DNA from: Bigelowiella natans CCMP2755
Taxonomy: Eukaryota; Protista; Cercozoa
Length of the DNA: 64,000 nt
Reading direction: 5' to 3'
NCBI GenBank assembly: GCA_000320545.1
Contig: ADNK01000631.1
Coordinates: forward strand, 62,717 to 126,716
In this document: piece after piece, positions 13,555 to 27,389 of the stretch
Numbering within the stretch: position 1 is the first letter of the stretch
Layout of the letters: every line of letters starts with the position of its first letter
Notes under the pieces: generated by a model
Databases searched by the model: none
What the model saw: the letters and a program-made list of their open reading frames with translations, nothing else
What the model was told of the DNA's origin: nothing
Translations under genes and position numbers: made by a program

Positions 13555-14800
13555 ATAAATAGAGTCTGCGGAAAGAGAAAAAGAATTAGGGCTAAATTTC
13601 ACATAAACATTACTTCTCGTATAACCCCTTCCCAACACATCAAGCAAATAAATGCAGAAACTGCGGTAAATCATACTTCTCTGACCTTTTTCCATAATCA
13701 TCACTAATTAGAAACGACGCTCTCGTCGAAGAGACCTTAGGGATGTTATAGACGTCAATCAGGACGAGTTTGTGACATTAGCTGAAAACCAAATGGGTGA
13801 TGACAGAGATGATGATGATAATAATATCGCTGGGACAAATGGCGGCCAAAAGAATGACACCGAGGTGGTAGTCGTCGTCATCGTCTTCATAGTAAGGGAG
13901 GATAATAGGTTTATAGCGTTTGGTTGGACGAGTCTTTTCTGTGCCAGTAGATTAATACAATTTGTAGTTATACTTGTAGTATACCATTAATAATAATAAC
14001 AATAATAATAATATTCTTTTTCTGCCCTATTCTTCTGCCTACATTTCCCCATGTACTCTATTCTTTATTGCTACCCGTATATATCTGGTAACCAACCAGC
14101 GTTGTTATCCCCCTTCTCTCTTCCACCTTCTCTTCTTGCCGCACACCAATCGCCACATCTCCAGTTTTACCTCAATGACATTGACTCTTCGGAAGTTGAG
14201 CGCCAGATGCTGCTGCCGGTTGGAAAGAGGAGAGAAATTAGATCAAAGACGAAAATAGAGCAGTTTTTAATATTAATAGGATGATACAACACACTCTGAG
14301 AAAGCTACTCTTCTCTCCTCCTCCTCCTCCTCCTTCTCCTCATCTCTCTATATTGTATGCACATGATGTGACATATGGTGAGTGCCCAGTCACCCTCATG
14401 ATTTAGTCTCTTAGTTGTTCATTCATTAGTGATATCTGCTGCTGCTGTTTGCAGATCGATGGAAGTGAAGATCATCTTCCTAGAGGCACACGCGTGTACT
14501 TGAAGGGTGATAATAATGCTAATAGCTAGTGGGGAGAGGGGGGGAGGGATAACCTCTCGAAGAGGCAAAATGATGATAGCGACTTTGTAAATTGTTGCAG
14601 CAGCAGTACATATTTCCTCTCTCATCATGTGCAGGGCTAAAGAGGGCGATGAAGCACAATGGCAAGAGAGGGACAATTATACGAAGATGTATGTACTAGC
14701 ACGAAACCACCAATAATACACATGCTCGTTCAATAGATAGCTACCACACACCAGCAATCACACATTTTTATTTGCTTTCGATGAGGGAGGGAGGGAGGGA

Positions 14801-14845
<45 letters not shown>

Positions 14846-15097
14846 CACTATTTATGGCACAGCTACTCGCTGGCTTCATTTAATTGTAAAATAGTAACTG
14901 ATCAAACATCAACGAGTCGCATTCCCCCCACCCTCCTCCTCTTCTTCCTCCCTATCCTATTGATCAGTGGATGATGATGATGACGGGAACACGTTATATG
15001 AAGTGATACTCGATGGGTAGTAAGGCTATGCTGCTAATCTCTTTATGCAAGAAACAATACTACGTCATGCACAATGATGATGAATGATAAAATAGTA

Positions 15098-15135
<38 letters not shown>

Positions 15136-15259
15136 CGGGGAGGGAAGAAAAAGAAGAAAAGTGCTTCATTTTCTAAAGATAAAAGTCGTGGAAGTAGCAG
15201 CATAAATAATGTAAGTAGGTATTCCTGTTGGCATTGTCTGAGGTCGAAATGGCGGGTGA

Positions 15260-15310
<51 letters not shown>

Positions 15311-16380
15311 GTGTGTGTATTTATGTTAGGAGTTCTCGTTCAATCGCCATAAAACCGCAGCACCTGTCCCACCTAACGGGTGACAAGGAGAATCAATCTG
15401 GTGATAGAAAGATAGATGGATAGATGGATAGATAGATAGAACCAACCTTTTACACCTTAACTTTCTTCTTCCTGAACATCATCATCTTCTTCTTGTTCTT
15501 GCTCTCTTCTGCTATTTTGTTTCTCTCTCTCACTCACTCCTTCTCTGACTGACCCCATTCTCTCTTCATCTCACGTGCTGCACGACTTAGAGCTCAATTT
15601 TGTGCGAGCATTGGAAAAATTGTCCCAAGAAGCCGAAATAGACGATGATGGCCAAGATTCTGTCAAGAACAAGAGTGCTCCTGCTCCTACTGTTTCTCCT
15701 CGCAACTCTGGAGAGATAGAGGGGGGAGGGCAGCAGCTTCAGGACAAAGGAAGTAATAATTGTGTGGCGCACATGAGAGTGTATAATACTACTACCGTTG
15801 ATATGTACAGAGGGGATAAGATTTGTGCTGGTGATGGTGCTACGTGTGCAAGAGATAATGATCACGTTAATAATAATTGACAATGATGGTTGAGGTGATG
15901 ATGGGGGTGATGAAGATGATAATGGGCATGATAGTTTTTTTACTACAAAAACCCTTTGTAGTCGACGGATTTCAAGGTCCAAAAATGCCTCGCTTTTGGA
16001 CAAGAGACGCAAAGACAATGTGAATGGAGCAGCTATGGATATTGATGATCATGATAGTGATGATGATCATGATCATGATGATCATAACGATTCTTTCAAG
16101 CTTTTATCTGAGACAGACGAGAAGTGCCACAAGAATTATTACAATAAAAACTGTACATCGCACTATCAGTATATAAATCTAAGTATGGGAGGGTGCACGA
16201 TAGACTAAATGGAATCATTTCTGCTACTATTAAGGTGGGAGGACTACAAGTTTCAGCAAGCTGGGGACATTGTGCTTCATGAGAGAACAGAAGAAGAAGG
16301 TGTGCAGCAGCTATGAAACGTCATTCATTCCGTGGTCATCATCGTAATCAAAGGAGGGCTATCTACGAGCAATTCGATTC

Positions 16381-16424
<44 letters not shown>

Positions 16425-17202
16425 TATTCTAGTTAACGTGCCATGTTATTGTTGTTGATATTGTTGTTGTTGCCATCGTCTTTATAGGCGGTGGTATCCG
16501 TAGGATCGAGCCAGAATATAGCCGATATAGGGAAGCTTTCGTGTCTAAGCTCAACTATGAGGATGCAACAAGGGTCAATAATACCTCCCACACACATATA
16601 TGTATAATTGATGATTGGCTAGCGATCCTGTCTCCCCAACTGCTGATGAGATCTTCTTGTCGTACTCAATATATTAGGATGCAATACACAACAAGTACAA
16701 CCGAATCGAAGACGTAAAACTGCTAACCAATCTGCCAACAATTACAACAACGATGTTTGAGTTTATTCCTTCATTGTCGTTCTATTCTCTCTCCTTCAAC
16801 GTCCACACAGGAAGAAGTTGATACTCGTGATGAGTTCTCTACGGCACGCAGTATGTGCTGATAGGAACTGCCCATGCTCTCTACTTGTTTGCCCTCCTTC
16901 ATCAACGAGTCGTGATAATGATGGTGGTGGTGATGATAAGAAAAGCATAATCCTTCTTCTTCCTTACTCGCCATTGCTCTCTCTCTCTCTTTCTCTCGCC
17001 TTTTCACTAGCTTTGACAGTAGGCTTTGATTACAGTCACGATGATGATCAAAACTATCATCATCACCACCACCACCACCATCATCATCCTCCTCATCAAA
17101 CAAGTGACCAAACAAACTCACAGTAAACTCTATGGATGAGGACATGCTGGATTCGTTTACGATGAACAGGTGCATCACCCCACCCCACCCCAGATATGTG
17201 TG

Positions 17203-17241
<39 letters not shown>

Positions 17242-17384
17242 CCGCAACGAGCAATCCATACCGCTATTCGTTATGTACTTGTGTAACAACTACAACCAGA
17301 GGGCTCATGTCGACGGCATTCAAGAATGTTATGCGAAGAATGCGCGAGGTGGGTGAAGAGCACACTCTCAAAGATACGAAATAG
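11922..17384 (+). CDS. ~20-exon hypothetical protein with signal peptide, LRGG motif and an SH3/KOW-like module
   Basis: MVRKHRTYLTAFSIAGILLLYAKIG...FSR|RGFTTPELFLRGGSMT..., then small in-phase exons including LPRGTRVYLK|GLKRAMKHNGKRGTIIRR|LDDDDGNTLYEVILDG|SSRSIAIKPQHLSHL. Ends ...HTLKDTK* at 17384. Confidence 0.7.
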
Positions 17385-17484
17385 ACTCTCAAATACAGCA
17401 ACAAAGAGTAGTGAGAGACGATAAATAGTCGACTACTGCAGTAAACCGTCTCGAATGAATTGCCATAGCTCTCATTATGCATGC

Positions 17485-17538
<54 letters not shown>

Positions 17539-17544
17539 TTGATT

Positions 17545-17837
17545 ATGCGCGTGTTTGCTGCTGCTGATGCTGCTTCTACTACTACAAAAAGGTCAAAGAG
17601 AGGAGGCGTGATCAGAATCATGATGATCAAAGCCTGCTTCTTGGTACTGAAAGACCCCAGTATATCATCATCACATCATCACCCTTATCATCAGCTCTTG
17701 CTTTGTCAAAGCGCGTTGATTTGATTGCGGCAGAAAGAAGTTCTCATTAATATCTCTATATCTATGTGTGCTATGTGCGCGTGTTGTTGTAGGAAATCTG
17801 TTGAAGAAGGATACACCAGCTAAGACGGAAGAGGGTC

Positions 17838-17922
<85 letters not shown>

Positions 17923-18333
17923 ACAACACACAACATCATCAGAAATTATTCATAACGATATTAGTCCAACGTCGGCACTCCTTTAAAAAAAAAGAGTAAC
18001 AATTTGACGACGACGACGACGACGAACTATTCAACAACAAGGTGATTCAAAATCGGCTGATAAATCGCAATTTTCGCCGCGACAAGACGCGACATCTCTG
18101 GTTAGGAACCTCTCCTCGTCTTGGTAGCTAATTGTGTTATAGTGGTAGTAGAGCATGATATCAATCGTTGCGTGAGAAGGACATAAAAGACACGAATATA
18201 CATATATACATTTTGTTTGTTGTAGACTAAGCATATTGAGAATATTTCTGTGGAAAAAGGATTACATGGGGCCAGGATGGAAGCTCCAAACTGCCCGGAA
18301 ATTGAGAATTATGGTGTGTATGTGTGTATGTGT

Positions 18334-18377
<44 letters not shown>

Positions 18378-20304
18378 GCATGCCTGTGTGCGTGAGTGAG
18401 TGAATGTGTATGTGCGTGTGCGTGTGTGTGCTTATTCGCAGCTGCATTGTACAACTTGCCCAACATTCATTTTATTGCTCTAAGATCTCTCCTCAACTCA
18501 ATATTTTCTTTGGTCCTCCTCTTCAATGCTCGCTATCTTCTTCCTTGTTGTGCGTGCGTTGTTTTGCAATGTTGGTAGGATCAGAGTTGAATAGCGATGG
18601 AAGGCTTTACGAGAATATGTACACCGCTTTATGTTCATTCGTCAAACGTAGATTGCAGTATCGTAATATAATATACGCGTGCGTATCCTCCTAAGACAAC
18701 ACAGAGACAAGGAGTCAACGAATAATGTGGTGTTATCACCAAATGACCTACAAAACAGCTTATTGCTCACACCCAAACGTCTCCTCACAGTTACAAGCGC
18801 GATCCAGTGCTGAAGCAGCGCGTGGTGAGGGATAACTTCGCGACGAAACAAGAGTGTATAAAGGTAAAAAATGATACTAGAGAGAGAGAGAGAGTCTGCT
18901 CGAAATGGAGGTGCTCCCAAAATGTAGATATAAGCATTGTTGCTTCATTCCCACACATCATCACACCACGTACATTCCTTTGCCTTCATCATTATAACCT
19001 TCTATCGCCTTCCAACAAGGTTCTGGGGTCCACTCTATGCGGTATGCGCGGGTGCTATCAAATGAATTCAAAGACGCTCTTGCCCGTGGGAGGTCAGGAT
19101 ACGAAAGATCAGCGCTTTGTTGAAGAATAATCACGATTATCCCTCACTCATGCGCGTCGCTCGGTGTTCACAGGTGACTCGCTCCCAAAGGTTGTTGCTG
19201 GGATGGGGTTAGAGGGCACCCTCCTCGTGAAATCCCTCTTCGAGCGCACACGAAGATGCATTATGCAGGACTTTAAGGTGGATCAGCTGTACCTTAACGC
19301 GTGCATGCTGCAGAGAATTCAAGGGACTTTCAGGTACTGCTAGTAGTAGTAGTAGCAGCAGCAGCAGCAGCAGCACTATAAGTAGTAGTAGTAGTAGTAG
19401 TAGTAGTAGGAGTGGTAGTAGTAGGGTGGTGTTCTTATAATTATATTGCTGTCATTTTAGATCGGCAGATTTGTGCGCTTGTAGAATTGAATGCTGCTCT
19501 ACACCTCCCCCCCCCCTTCCCATACCTCATTCTCATTTCCTCCTCCTCTCCCTCCTCCTCCTCGCTCTATGTCGTTCAGACTTGATCATCTACAGGCGGA
19601 TCGCTCGCATGTGTATGAGCAATAACAACGATAACAACGATAACAACGACAGCAGCAACAACAACGACGACATTTAGTATATCATCTCACAGATCATCAT
19701 GCATATACGGTGAATAAACTCAACGGCGGCCCATCATTCTGTAGGTATTGGAACCCGCACATCGACAAGGCCAATATCCCCAGCTACGATTACTCCGCTC
19801 TCTTGTAAGAAGTTAGTAGGGGAAAGTATGAAAGAGAGGGAGAGGAGGGACAAGAACGTATTACATTAAAGGAGAAACATTATAACAAAAGGATGCAGAA
19901 GGCAGATCATGATGTAATAGTTTTTATATACATTCGGCTTTTACTCTCAATTTGTCTCTTAATCCATCGAAATATGCGCCTAATCCCGGTGTTCCAACAC
20001 AAACAGGTACCTCACAACAAAGGATCTACACTTTTCTGGAGGTGGTGACCTGGTATTTATCGATGAGCACCAGGATGTTATCATATCGCCCGTGCAGGGA
20101 CGTCTGGTCGCATTCACGTCAGGAACAGAAAACTTGCATCGGGTCGAACGCGTCTCCAATGGCACCCGGATTGTGCTGTCCATGTGGTTCACAACGAACA
20201 AAACGCATGAGGAGGACGACTCCGTTTGGTTTGATCCCAGGGCGCAGGCAACAATCGAACGTACTGCATCTGCTAACGAAAAAAGCTGGAAAACCACAAT
20301 ATAG
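17545..20304 (+). CDS. 2OG-Fe(II) oxygenase, OGFOD3/prolyl-hydroxylase-like; 5' exons uncertain
   Basis: YWNPHIDKANIPSYDYSALL|YLTTKDLHFSGGDLVF...GRLVAFTSGTENLHRVERVSNGTRIVLSMWFT carries the HxD...H iron ligands and the 2OG-binding Arg. Confidence 0.85.
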
Positions 20305-20916
20305 CTGTTATTCAGCGGTTGCTGGCTGCATATGCTAGCTTCCAAATGTGGCTAGTCTCTCCATGGTACAGCTGCAATATCGTTTTCAGTTCCATTCGTA
20401 TCCAGCTCAGTAGCGAATGTGCACAATCATAGGCAGCAACATGTGACATACTGGTGTAGGGAATGCATGTTTGCTTTCGATACACGTACGGCGCGTAGCG
20501 TGCGTTTACGTTTGTGATCAATCGACCTGCTGTGATCTTTCATTGATGATCATTGTGCGTGATTATGATTATGCGAGCATCAATGAGCACTCTTGAGGTG
20601 GTGCGGCCTAGATGGCTATCGGCGTCTAGCCACTGACGGTGCCATCTATGATGCGCAAGCAAGCATTGCACGAACTTGCACGTTGCAATCGTGTTCATCA
20701 CGCATACACCCGAGATCAAGCGCGCAGTCACATCCCATCATTGTGTGTGCTTGACTCATCAATTCTGCACGCAGTTGTTCCGCGCTTGCGTTTAATGTCA
20801 CACCGATGCTTGCCATGCTCAATGCTGTTATGGTGAGGTCATGAGCTTGTGAAACAACATTTTTCAACGTACAGTGTCATCCATATTTCCAAGTACTTGT
20901 TTGTTTGCATTGCTGG

Positions 20917-21720
20917 CTAGCCGGCGGGAGGTGATCTTCCAATGTACACCACGTACCGCGGCGTCAACTGGCAGCTTTCGCGGAAGATCATCCAGTCCTT
21001 TTTGGAAGGCGGTGTCCAGCTGTTAACCGTCTGGGTGGAGTTGTTGCCATGTTTTCCGGGGAGGGCCTCTGCAAGAATGACCACTTTGCCCCCACCGTAC
21101 GACATCGGCGTGTCAGGCCCAGTGGCGCAGTAGACGCCCTGACCATACACAGTCCCGTTTGCGACCGCAATATTTTGACCACCGATCTTGAAGCCCCCGG
21201 TCATGATGGGCACGATGTTCTTCTCATCAGTGCCATGGAACACCCAGATGGACTTTCCATCACTTCCAGCATTGATGAGCTCCGACCGTTTCTTCTCAAA
21301 ATTCTGGAAGAGCTTGCGGTTGCTCCAGACCTCCACGCCCCCGCCCTTCCGGAATGCCCTTGTACTCGCAGCATGATCGGCTCGCATGAGCGAAGAAAGA
21401 AAATGATCGACTGCATTTCAGCATTTCCGAAGAAAGCTGGACCACGTTCTTGAAAATTGAACATTGAACTTCGCATTGTTGCAACACCAAAGCGCACGCG
21501 TGGGTCACACTGCGGAAGTTGGCAAACAAGCCCATCTCTGCTGCGCCCACTGCCTTGATGAATGGAACGACAGACGTGGAGTCTCCCTCAACTTCAAGCT
21601 CGGTGCACTCTAGCAGTGCTTTGCGGCAGTGGCGTCGTGCAGCTGCCACAGGTTCTTCGCCATTTGGAGCCACGTGGGTGTGTTCAGGTGCACAGGTGTG
21701 AGGATGCGTGCTGGCGTGGC
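20917..21720 (-). pseudogene. Intronless PARP-like ADP-ribosyltransferase catalytic domain, frameshifted and with an eroded 5' half
   Basis: VEVWSNRKLFQNFEKKR...IWVFHGTDEKNI..IMTGGF...NGTVYGQGVYCAT...VILAEALPG...DWMIFRESCQLTPRYVVY matches ART/PARP motifs (HGT, YGxGxY, QxxPxY). The upstream ORF (21296-21673) joins it only through a frameshift in the G-rich tract near 21335-21350. Confidence 0.75.
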
Positions 21721-21915
21721 CGTGCTAGCCAGATCGCACGCACCGAAATGGTTGTTGGAATTTTGCTGTTTTTGTGCTCGAACTCAAATCGAATCACGCT
21801 GGCTAGCTTGAGCAATTCGCCCATGCAACGTCGTGTGCATGAGCAGCGCAGATGCGCACCATCCGCACCCGCGGCAGCATCCACAAGATCTTGAGATCAC
21901 AGCCCAGTCGTGTGC
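21365..21915. other. TpA-depleted, CTAG-retaining patch
   Basis: Manual count: 3 TA in ~550 bp, all CTAG (21610, 21725, 21803). CpG is plentiful. Confidence 0.9.
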
Positions 21916-22026
21916 GTAGGATTTGCAATTTGTGACGCTGTGTGCACAATGAGCCGTGCTATAGCGTGTACGCTAGTACGTGTGCATCATCATGCACTGT
22001 AGATTGCTATCGCTGTGACTGTGTGC

Positions 22027-22057
<31 letters not shown>

Positions 22058-22449
22058 ATTTCTGTCCATGCGCATGTGCGATCGATGCACACACTCATAC
22101 GACACATGCGTATCAACGCGCGACCTAGCTTACATGAGGGCCACGGCGGCACTGAGGAAGCATTGGTATGTTCCACATGTTGAGTTTTGCCATTGTTAAT
22201 TTGCAACAATGGAATTTCGCTTCCGATCCGGTTCATAACGTGTTGCTGGTTGACATGCATCAGTTTTCACATGCATGTAAATGCGTGCATGCAAGTCAAT
22301 GTGTCCAAGACATTAGTAGCTTAATGGGAGATAGATAAAAAATCACACAAAGGTTCTCACAAAAGTGGCGCATAAACCCTCATCGAGCTGGTTTAGCCTA
22401 AGTACTCGTCCCTCGCATGGCTTCATTTACGCCAGCTATACTTGCGAAT

Positions 22450-23088
22450 CTATTCCAACTGCCCACAATTGGAAATGCGAACCTGCGAAAAATACAGTGA
22501 TATTCAAATTTTGAGCCTCCACTAATTGACCAGCTTGGGGAAAACAAACCCAGTTCATCTCACCGCTTCTAAACTCAAACTATACCTCACTTCCTTTCTC
22601 ACTAACCTGTGCCTTTGGAGTTCCAGAAGCTGTGCCGTAGCTCTCGATGAGGTCAACCACGTTCTGGCCCTCTAACACCTGATATTATAGAGGTGGTGGT
22701 GAATATGTAAATACCAAACTAGCATGATAATTCCATTTCCTCTTGAATCACAATCAGCATTAGAATCCATGGTTGTCAATGAAACCGCTACATCACCACC
22801 ATCACCTTTCCGAACACAACGTGCTTGCCATTCAGCCATGGCGTAGGGACAGTGGTGATGAAAAATTGAGAGCCATTAGTGTCCGTTCCAGCGTTGGCCA
22901 TGCTCAGGTAGTACTTGCCTGTGTGGCTCAATTGGAAGTTCTCGTCCGCGAACTTTTCTCCGTAGATTGATTCACCTCCGGTCCCGTCGCCACGGGTGAA
23001 GTCTCCACCCTGATTTAGTGATCATTGCTTTAGCGACGGACCCCACATTTATTGAAAGATGGGATATTATATAGAAAGTATGGTTTTA

Positions 23089-23132
<44 letters not shown>

Positions 23133-23842
23133 TGGTTTAGTGTGCTTTTGAAATAAAATATATTTTGTCGTAGCTACCAACGTAATACTCGATTGTGAAT
23201 GGTGTCGTATACCATCAAGATGAAAAATTAGAATTCTATGAAATTCAGGGTACATACCACCACCAATCTAGTAAAAATATCGAATATAGTAAAAATATCG
23301 AATCACCTGGATCATAAAGTTCGGGATAACACGGTGGAAGCTGGATCCTTTGTAGTGAAGAGGAAGGCCGCACCTACCCATGCCCTTCTCGCCCGTGCAC
23401 AGAGCACGAAAGTTGTCGCATGTCTATTATCCAAATACCAACAAAGTCAATCGTCGAATCTTCGGGTGATATAGAGCCACTGGATTGCAATTACTTTTGG
23501 GACTGTGTTGCCGAAGAGTCCCATCGTAATCCGCCCCGCAGGCTTCCCAGCCACTTCAACGTCAAAGAAAACCTTCGAGGTAATAGTCTCGCTACCAAGC
23601 ATAGGAACCTAATGGCAGATAGTGTAAAACTTAGAACAGCAGCTCAAGAGCCAGACCGTGAATCAGAGTTCAGAATGAACCTGTGCCGTATTTCCTCCGG
23701 CAGTTAGAGCCGCATATGTGCCCAGACAAAGAGCCGCTGCGATCGCCACTACGAGCGTATATTTTGCAGCGGGGCGACTGCGCACAGTGATGCGCCGCGG
23801 GAACTGTGGAAGTGCGTGAAAAGGGGCAGCAGTGGGCTCCAT
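22450..23842 (-). CDS. Cyclophilin-type peptidyl-prolyl isomerase with hydrophobic N-terminal signal (cyclophilin B-like), 6 exons
   Basis: [30 protein letters not shown]|[14 protein letters not shown]...[16 protein letters not shown]|[17 protein letters not shown]...[18 protein letters not shown]...[11 protein letters not shown]|VLEGQNVV...|[10 protein letters not shown]. Confidence 0.96.
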
Positions 23843-24191
23843 TGTAATTCGGATGTGGGAAGTCTTCAGAGGTATTTAGAGATGCGACAAGGGAAGTATG
23901 ATGTCGCATCCTATTGGAATTGGCCCCAGATATGTGCGTTGAGAAAGATTCCGAATTTCCAGCAGGCCAACGACGGTCTGAACGACAAAATAAACAGTGG
24001 AACTTAGGGAGAAAATCGCGGTGATAAAATGCCCTTATTTCTCACATAAAGACATGATTTCATAGCGTTTCTCCCATAGCGACATCAATCGACTCGTTCA
24101 CTGTCGCGCTCGAATCCGTCCGCAACCTGTTCATCCATTCACCCCGCCTCCAACGATCGCGTGCTCTCTAGTACAGCAGTAATAGAGCACC
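23843..24191. promoter_or_regulatory. Probable bidirectional promoter between cyclophilin and WBP11
   Basis: About 350 bp between two divergent ATGs. Positional inference only; no specific motif identified. Confidence 0.5.
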
Positions 24192-24997
24192 ATGGGGAAA
24201 CGAAAAAAGGGTTCAATGAACCCTGCGCAAGCTCATGCGAAGAAAATGAAGCAACGCCACCTGAAGCGGGTTAGAATGGGGGATTGGTCACGTCACATTG
24301 AGGGAGTCATGCGTGCAGCAATCGCAAATAGCTGTCGTCATGCCAGTAAATGTTAGTTCCGTGATGAGAGATTTAAATGATTTGAGACGTATAATTGTTT
24401 ATCTACTATTTTTCCTTGCGGAAAAAACAAACAAACAATTGTTGGTGCATCCTCGTGAAACCATCACCGTCTTTGCAACCCATCACCATCACCGCCCAAG
24501 CACCCACCGTAAACTGTCGTGTAGCTACTACCCCTATCCATCATTGGCCTAAGCTAATCTGATTTTCATACAACAAATAGCAAAAGGAAAAACGACAAGA
24601 GGCAAGGGACCTCCGGTTCAGGAAGATGGCTCCTGACCGCATCCTGAACGAGATCAAGAAAGTAGAGCGTCTGGAGAAGGAGGAGGGGGGCCTGAGTAAG
24701 GAGCACGCACGTGTTCGAAAAAAAAAACTTCGAGACGCACATGAAGCTGCGCTAAAACGTCGAAAGGAGCAGGAGAAGAAAGAGAGAGAAAAGTCTGCTA
24801 TGGAGCCCGTCGTCGTGAGAGGGCTTACGCGCATCTTCAGAGATATACCCAAGGAGACAGCAGAAAAAAAGGACAAGAAACAAGATGAAGGACGAAAAGA
24901 AGGAGCAGACGCTCGCGGTGGGTTGATAGTAGACGCGAGCGGGTTGCCACCGGGAGTGACAGTGGAGAAAGTGACTGCAGATCAGTATTATCAACCG

Positions 24998-25040
<43 letters not shown>

Positions 25041-26299
25041 GCGTCGAACTACACAACACAGATGATAGCAGGGATGGCGCGGAAGCAATTGAAGGGGAAA
25101 AAGAAGAGAGAAGGAAGAAGAATGAGGGAGATGCGAAAGAGGATGTTAAGAATGAGGTCCAGACGAAGGAGCTTAATGAGCGTGAAGCAGCCGTGGACAA
25201 CGACAAACAGAACGAGAAGAAGGACGAAGATGCGAAGGAGAAGGATGCTACTAAGGATAACGAAACAGCAGCCCTACAATCCAAGGAAGCAGCCCAGAAA
25301 AATGTGAGCAGCAGCAGCAGCAACAGTAGTAGCACTGGGGCTGTGGCTGGTGACGCTATTGTTTTACTGGAATCCCCCCCCGGGATAACTGCAAAAGGGC
25401 CTCCCCGAATACTGCGTCCACACCCTGCAGCAATGCTGAGTAGTAACGTAAGAGTCTCTACTACTACCACTACTACTGCTACTCCTCTGCCACCACAACA
25501 GCAGCAGCAGCGACGACCTCTCATGATCCCCCGTCCTAATAATATGCCTCCTGGTGGCCCTCCATACAATCCCAACAATGCTCACCCACCTCCTCCACCT
25601 CCCCCTCATCACCATCAGCAGCAACAGCAGCAGCACCCGAATATGATGATTCGGCCACCTTTTGGGACACCGCGACCACCACCACCGCAAGGCCTCCCCC
25701 AAGGTCATCAGCCCCCTCGCCCCCACCCTCCATTCTCAAATATGGGTATAGCCCCTCCCCCAGCTCCATTCTTTGGAGGTCCCGGGGGAGCGGCCCCTCC
25801 CCCACCGCATTATCAACATCACCCACCTCCTGCTGCAGGAGGTGGCCGAGGCATGCCCCCTGTGTCAAGAGCTCCCCCTTGGAATAGCAGCGTTCAACCT
25901 GGCGGCCCCCCTCCTCCGTTCGGGAGAGGGGGGGGTGCAGGTGGAGGACGAGGCGGCCCAGGCAGCATGATGATGATGCAGCACCGACAGCCTCCTCCAC
26001 ACAACATGCGCAACGATCCGTTAGACTTCACACAGCAGCAGCAGCAGCAGCAGCAGCAGCCGCCTCCTCTACGTGGTCACCCTGGTCAACAAAACTCGAA
26101 TGCAGGGGCAGAGGGAGCAACACCAGATCAGGGGGATGTTGATGGCGGCGGGCCCGATGAGAACCAGTCTATGTTTGTCCCGACAAATCTGATGGTTAGG
26201 AAGAAGGCTAAACAAAAACTTACGGTGGCACAGGCGCGTGCACTTCGTGCCCGAAAGAAGAGAGAAGCAGAAGCAGCTTCGCGGAAGAAGGAAGGAATT

Positions 26300-26330
<31 letters not shown>

Positions 26331-26443
26331 TCGCTTCGGAGGCTGAGCCCATGGTAGACGCCGCTGCAGCAGAGGAACCGAAAACAACAGCTGCATCTTA
26401 TAACGATTTCATAAATGAGATTGAAGGCCTAGGAGCATTATAA
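24192..26443 (+). CDS. WBP11: WW domain-binding protein 11-like splicing factor, 2 exons
   Basis: MGKRKKGSMNPAQAHAKKMKQRHLKR|QKEKRQEARD... basic Wbp11-type N-terminus, long proline-rich middle, MFVPTNLMVR motif and C-terminal YNDFINEIEGLGAL*. Confidence 0.88.
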
Positions 26444-27389
26444 GTCATGGATGGTGTTGTTGGTACTGTACAGTCGTGCTTCATTATCAATGAATGAGAA
26501 GTATGTAGATTCGCGAGGGGTTCTTAGAATTTCTGATACTATGGTTAGATATTTTTGGGATAGAAAAGACACTAACACTTGCAGTAGGCACGAAGAGCAG
26601 TCGCTATTGTAGACATCCAAAGTATCGAAGCAAGTTTAAGAGTATATTTGCTTTTGAATAATTGCATCTGCCGACCCGTCATCAATGGGAAGTATATTTC
26701 TATCATGTGCGTAACCGGACGTATTACATTATAGTCACAATGCTAAAATGAGACTGAGGATTAGTAGCAACTAGTTCTAGAGTTGTGACAACTACATCGT
26801 GTGTCATGCAATAGAGCGAGTAGTAGGGACCTGCTTTATGGGCTATAACATGGCGCTTATCTGGGCATTCACATGTACGCTACCATGATGTTCACAACAC
26901 ACACTGCATATAACAAATGATGTATGGCCTGCGCAGCAACGTTATAAATGTCCAACGTTGGTTAGCATTATAGCGGTGACGACGGTCATAAGACATTGAC
27001 ATTGACCTGGCAAGCCATAGCTACAACGTAGTATACCACTATACGCATGCGCGTGTGACGTACATGTTAGCCATAGCAGTCCAGCCACGTATGCGATACA
27101 GATAATAGACACAGCAATGTCATACAGGTGCGATCGACATGCGGTGGCGCGCATGTTAGCATGGTCTGCAGCCCTGCTCATGGACTATTTCGTCGTTGGC
27201 ATGATGACTTTTCTTGCATGCACGTCGATGTCCACTACTGGATACGGTAGCAGGGGTTGACAGTGCGTACGTTGCAGCCATTGTACGGGACTACGACAGA
27301 GTAAAATAAACATACGAAAATGTGTATACACAGTATATAAATAGTAGCAATACGAGATCCCACGGCATGAACATTGCTATTAAATTATT

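Noticed and set aside
21387-21415. Intron with a GT->GC mutated donor as the explanation for the PARP frameshift
   Set aside because: Possible, but no convincing in-phase acceptor was found. A continuous frame with a 1-nt shift in the G-tract is simpler.
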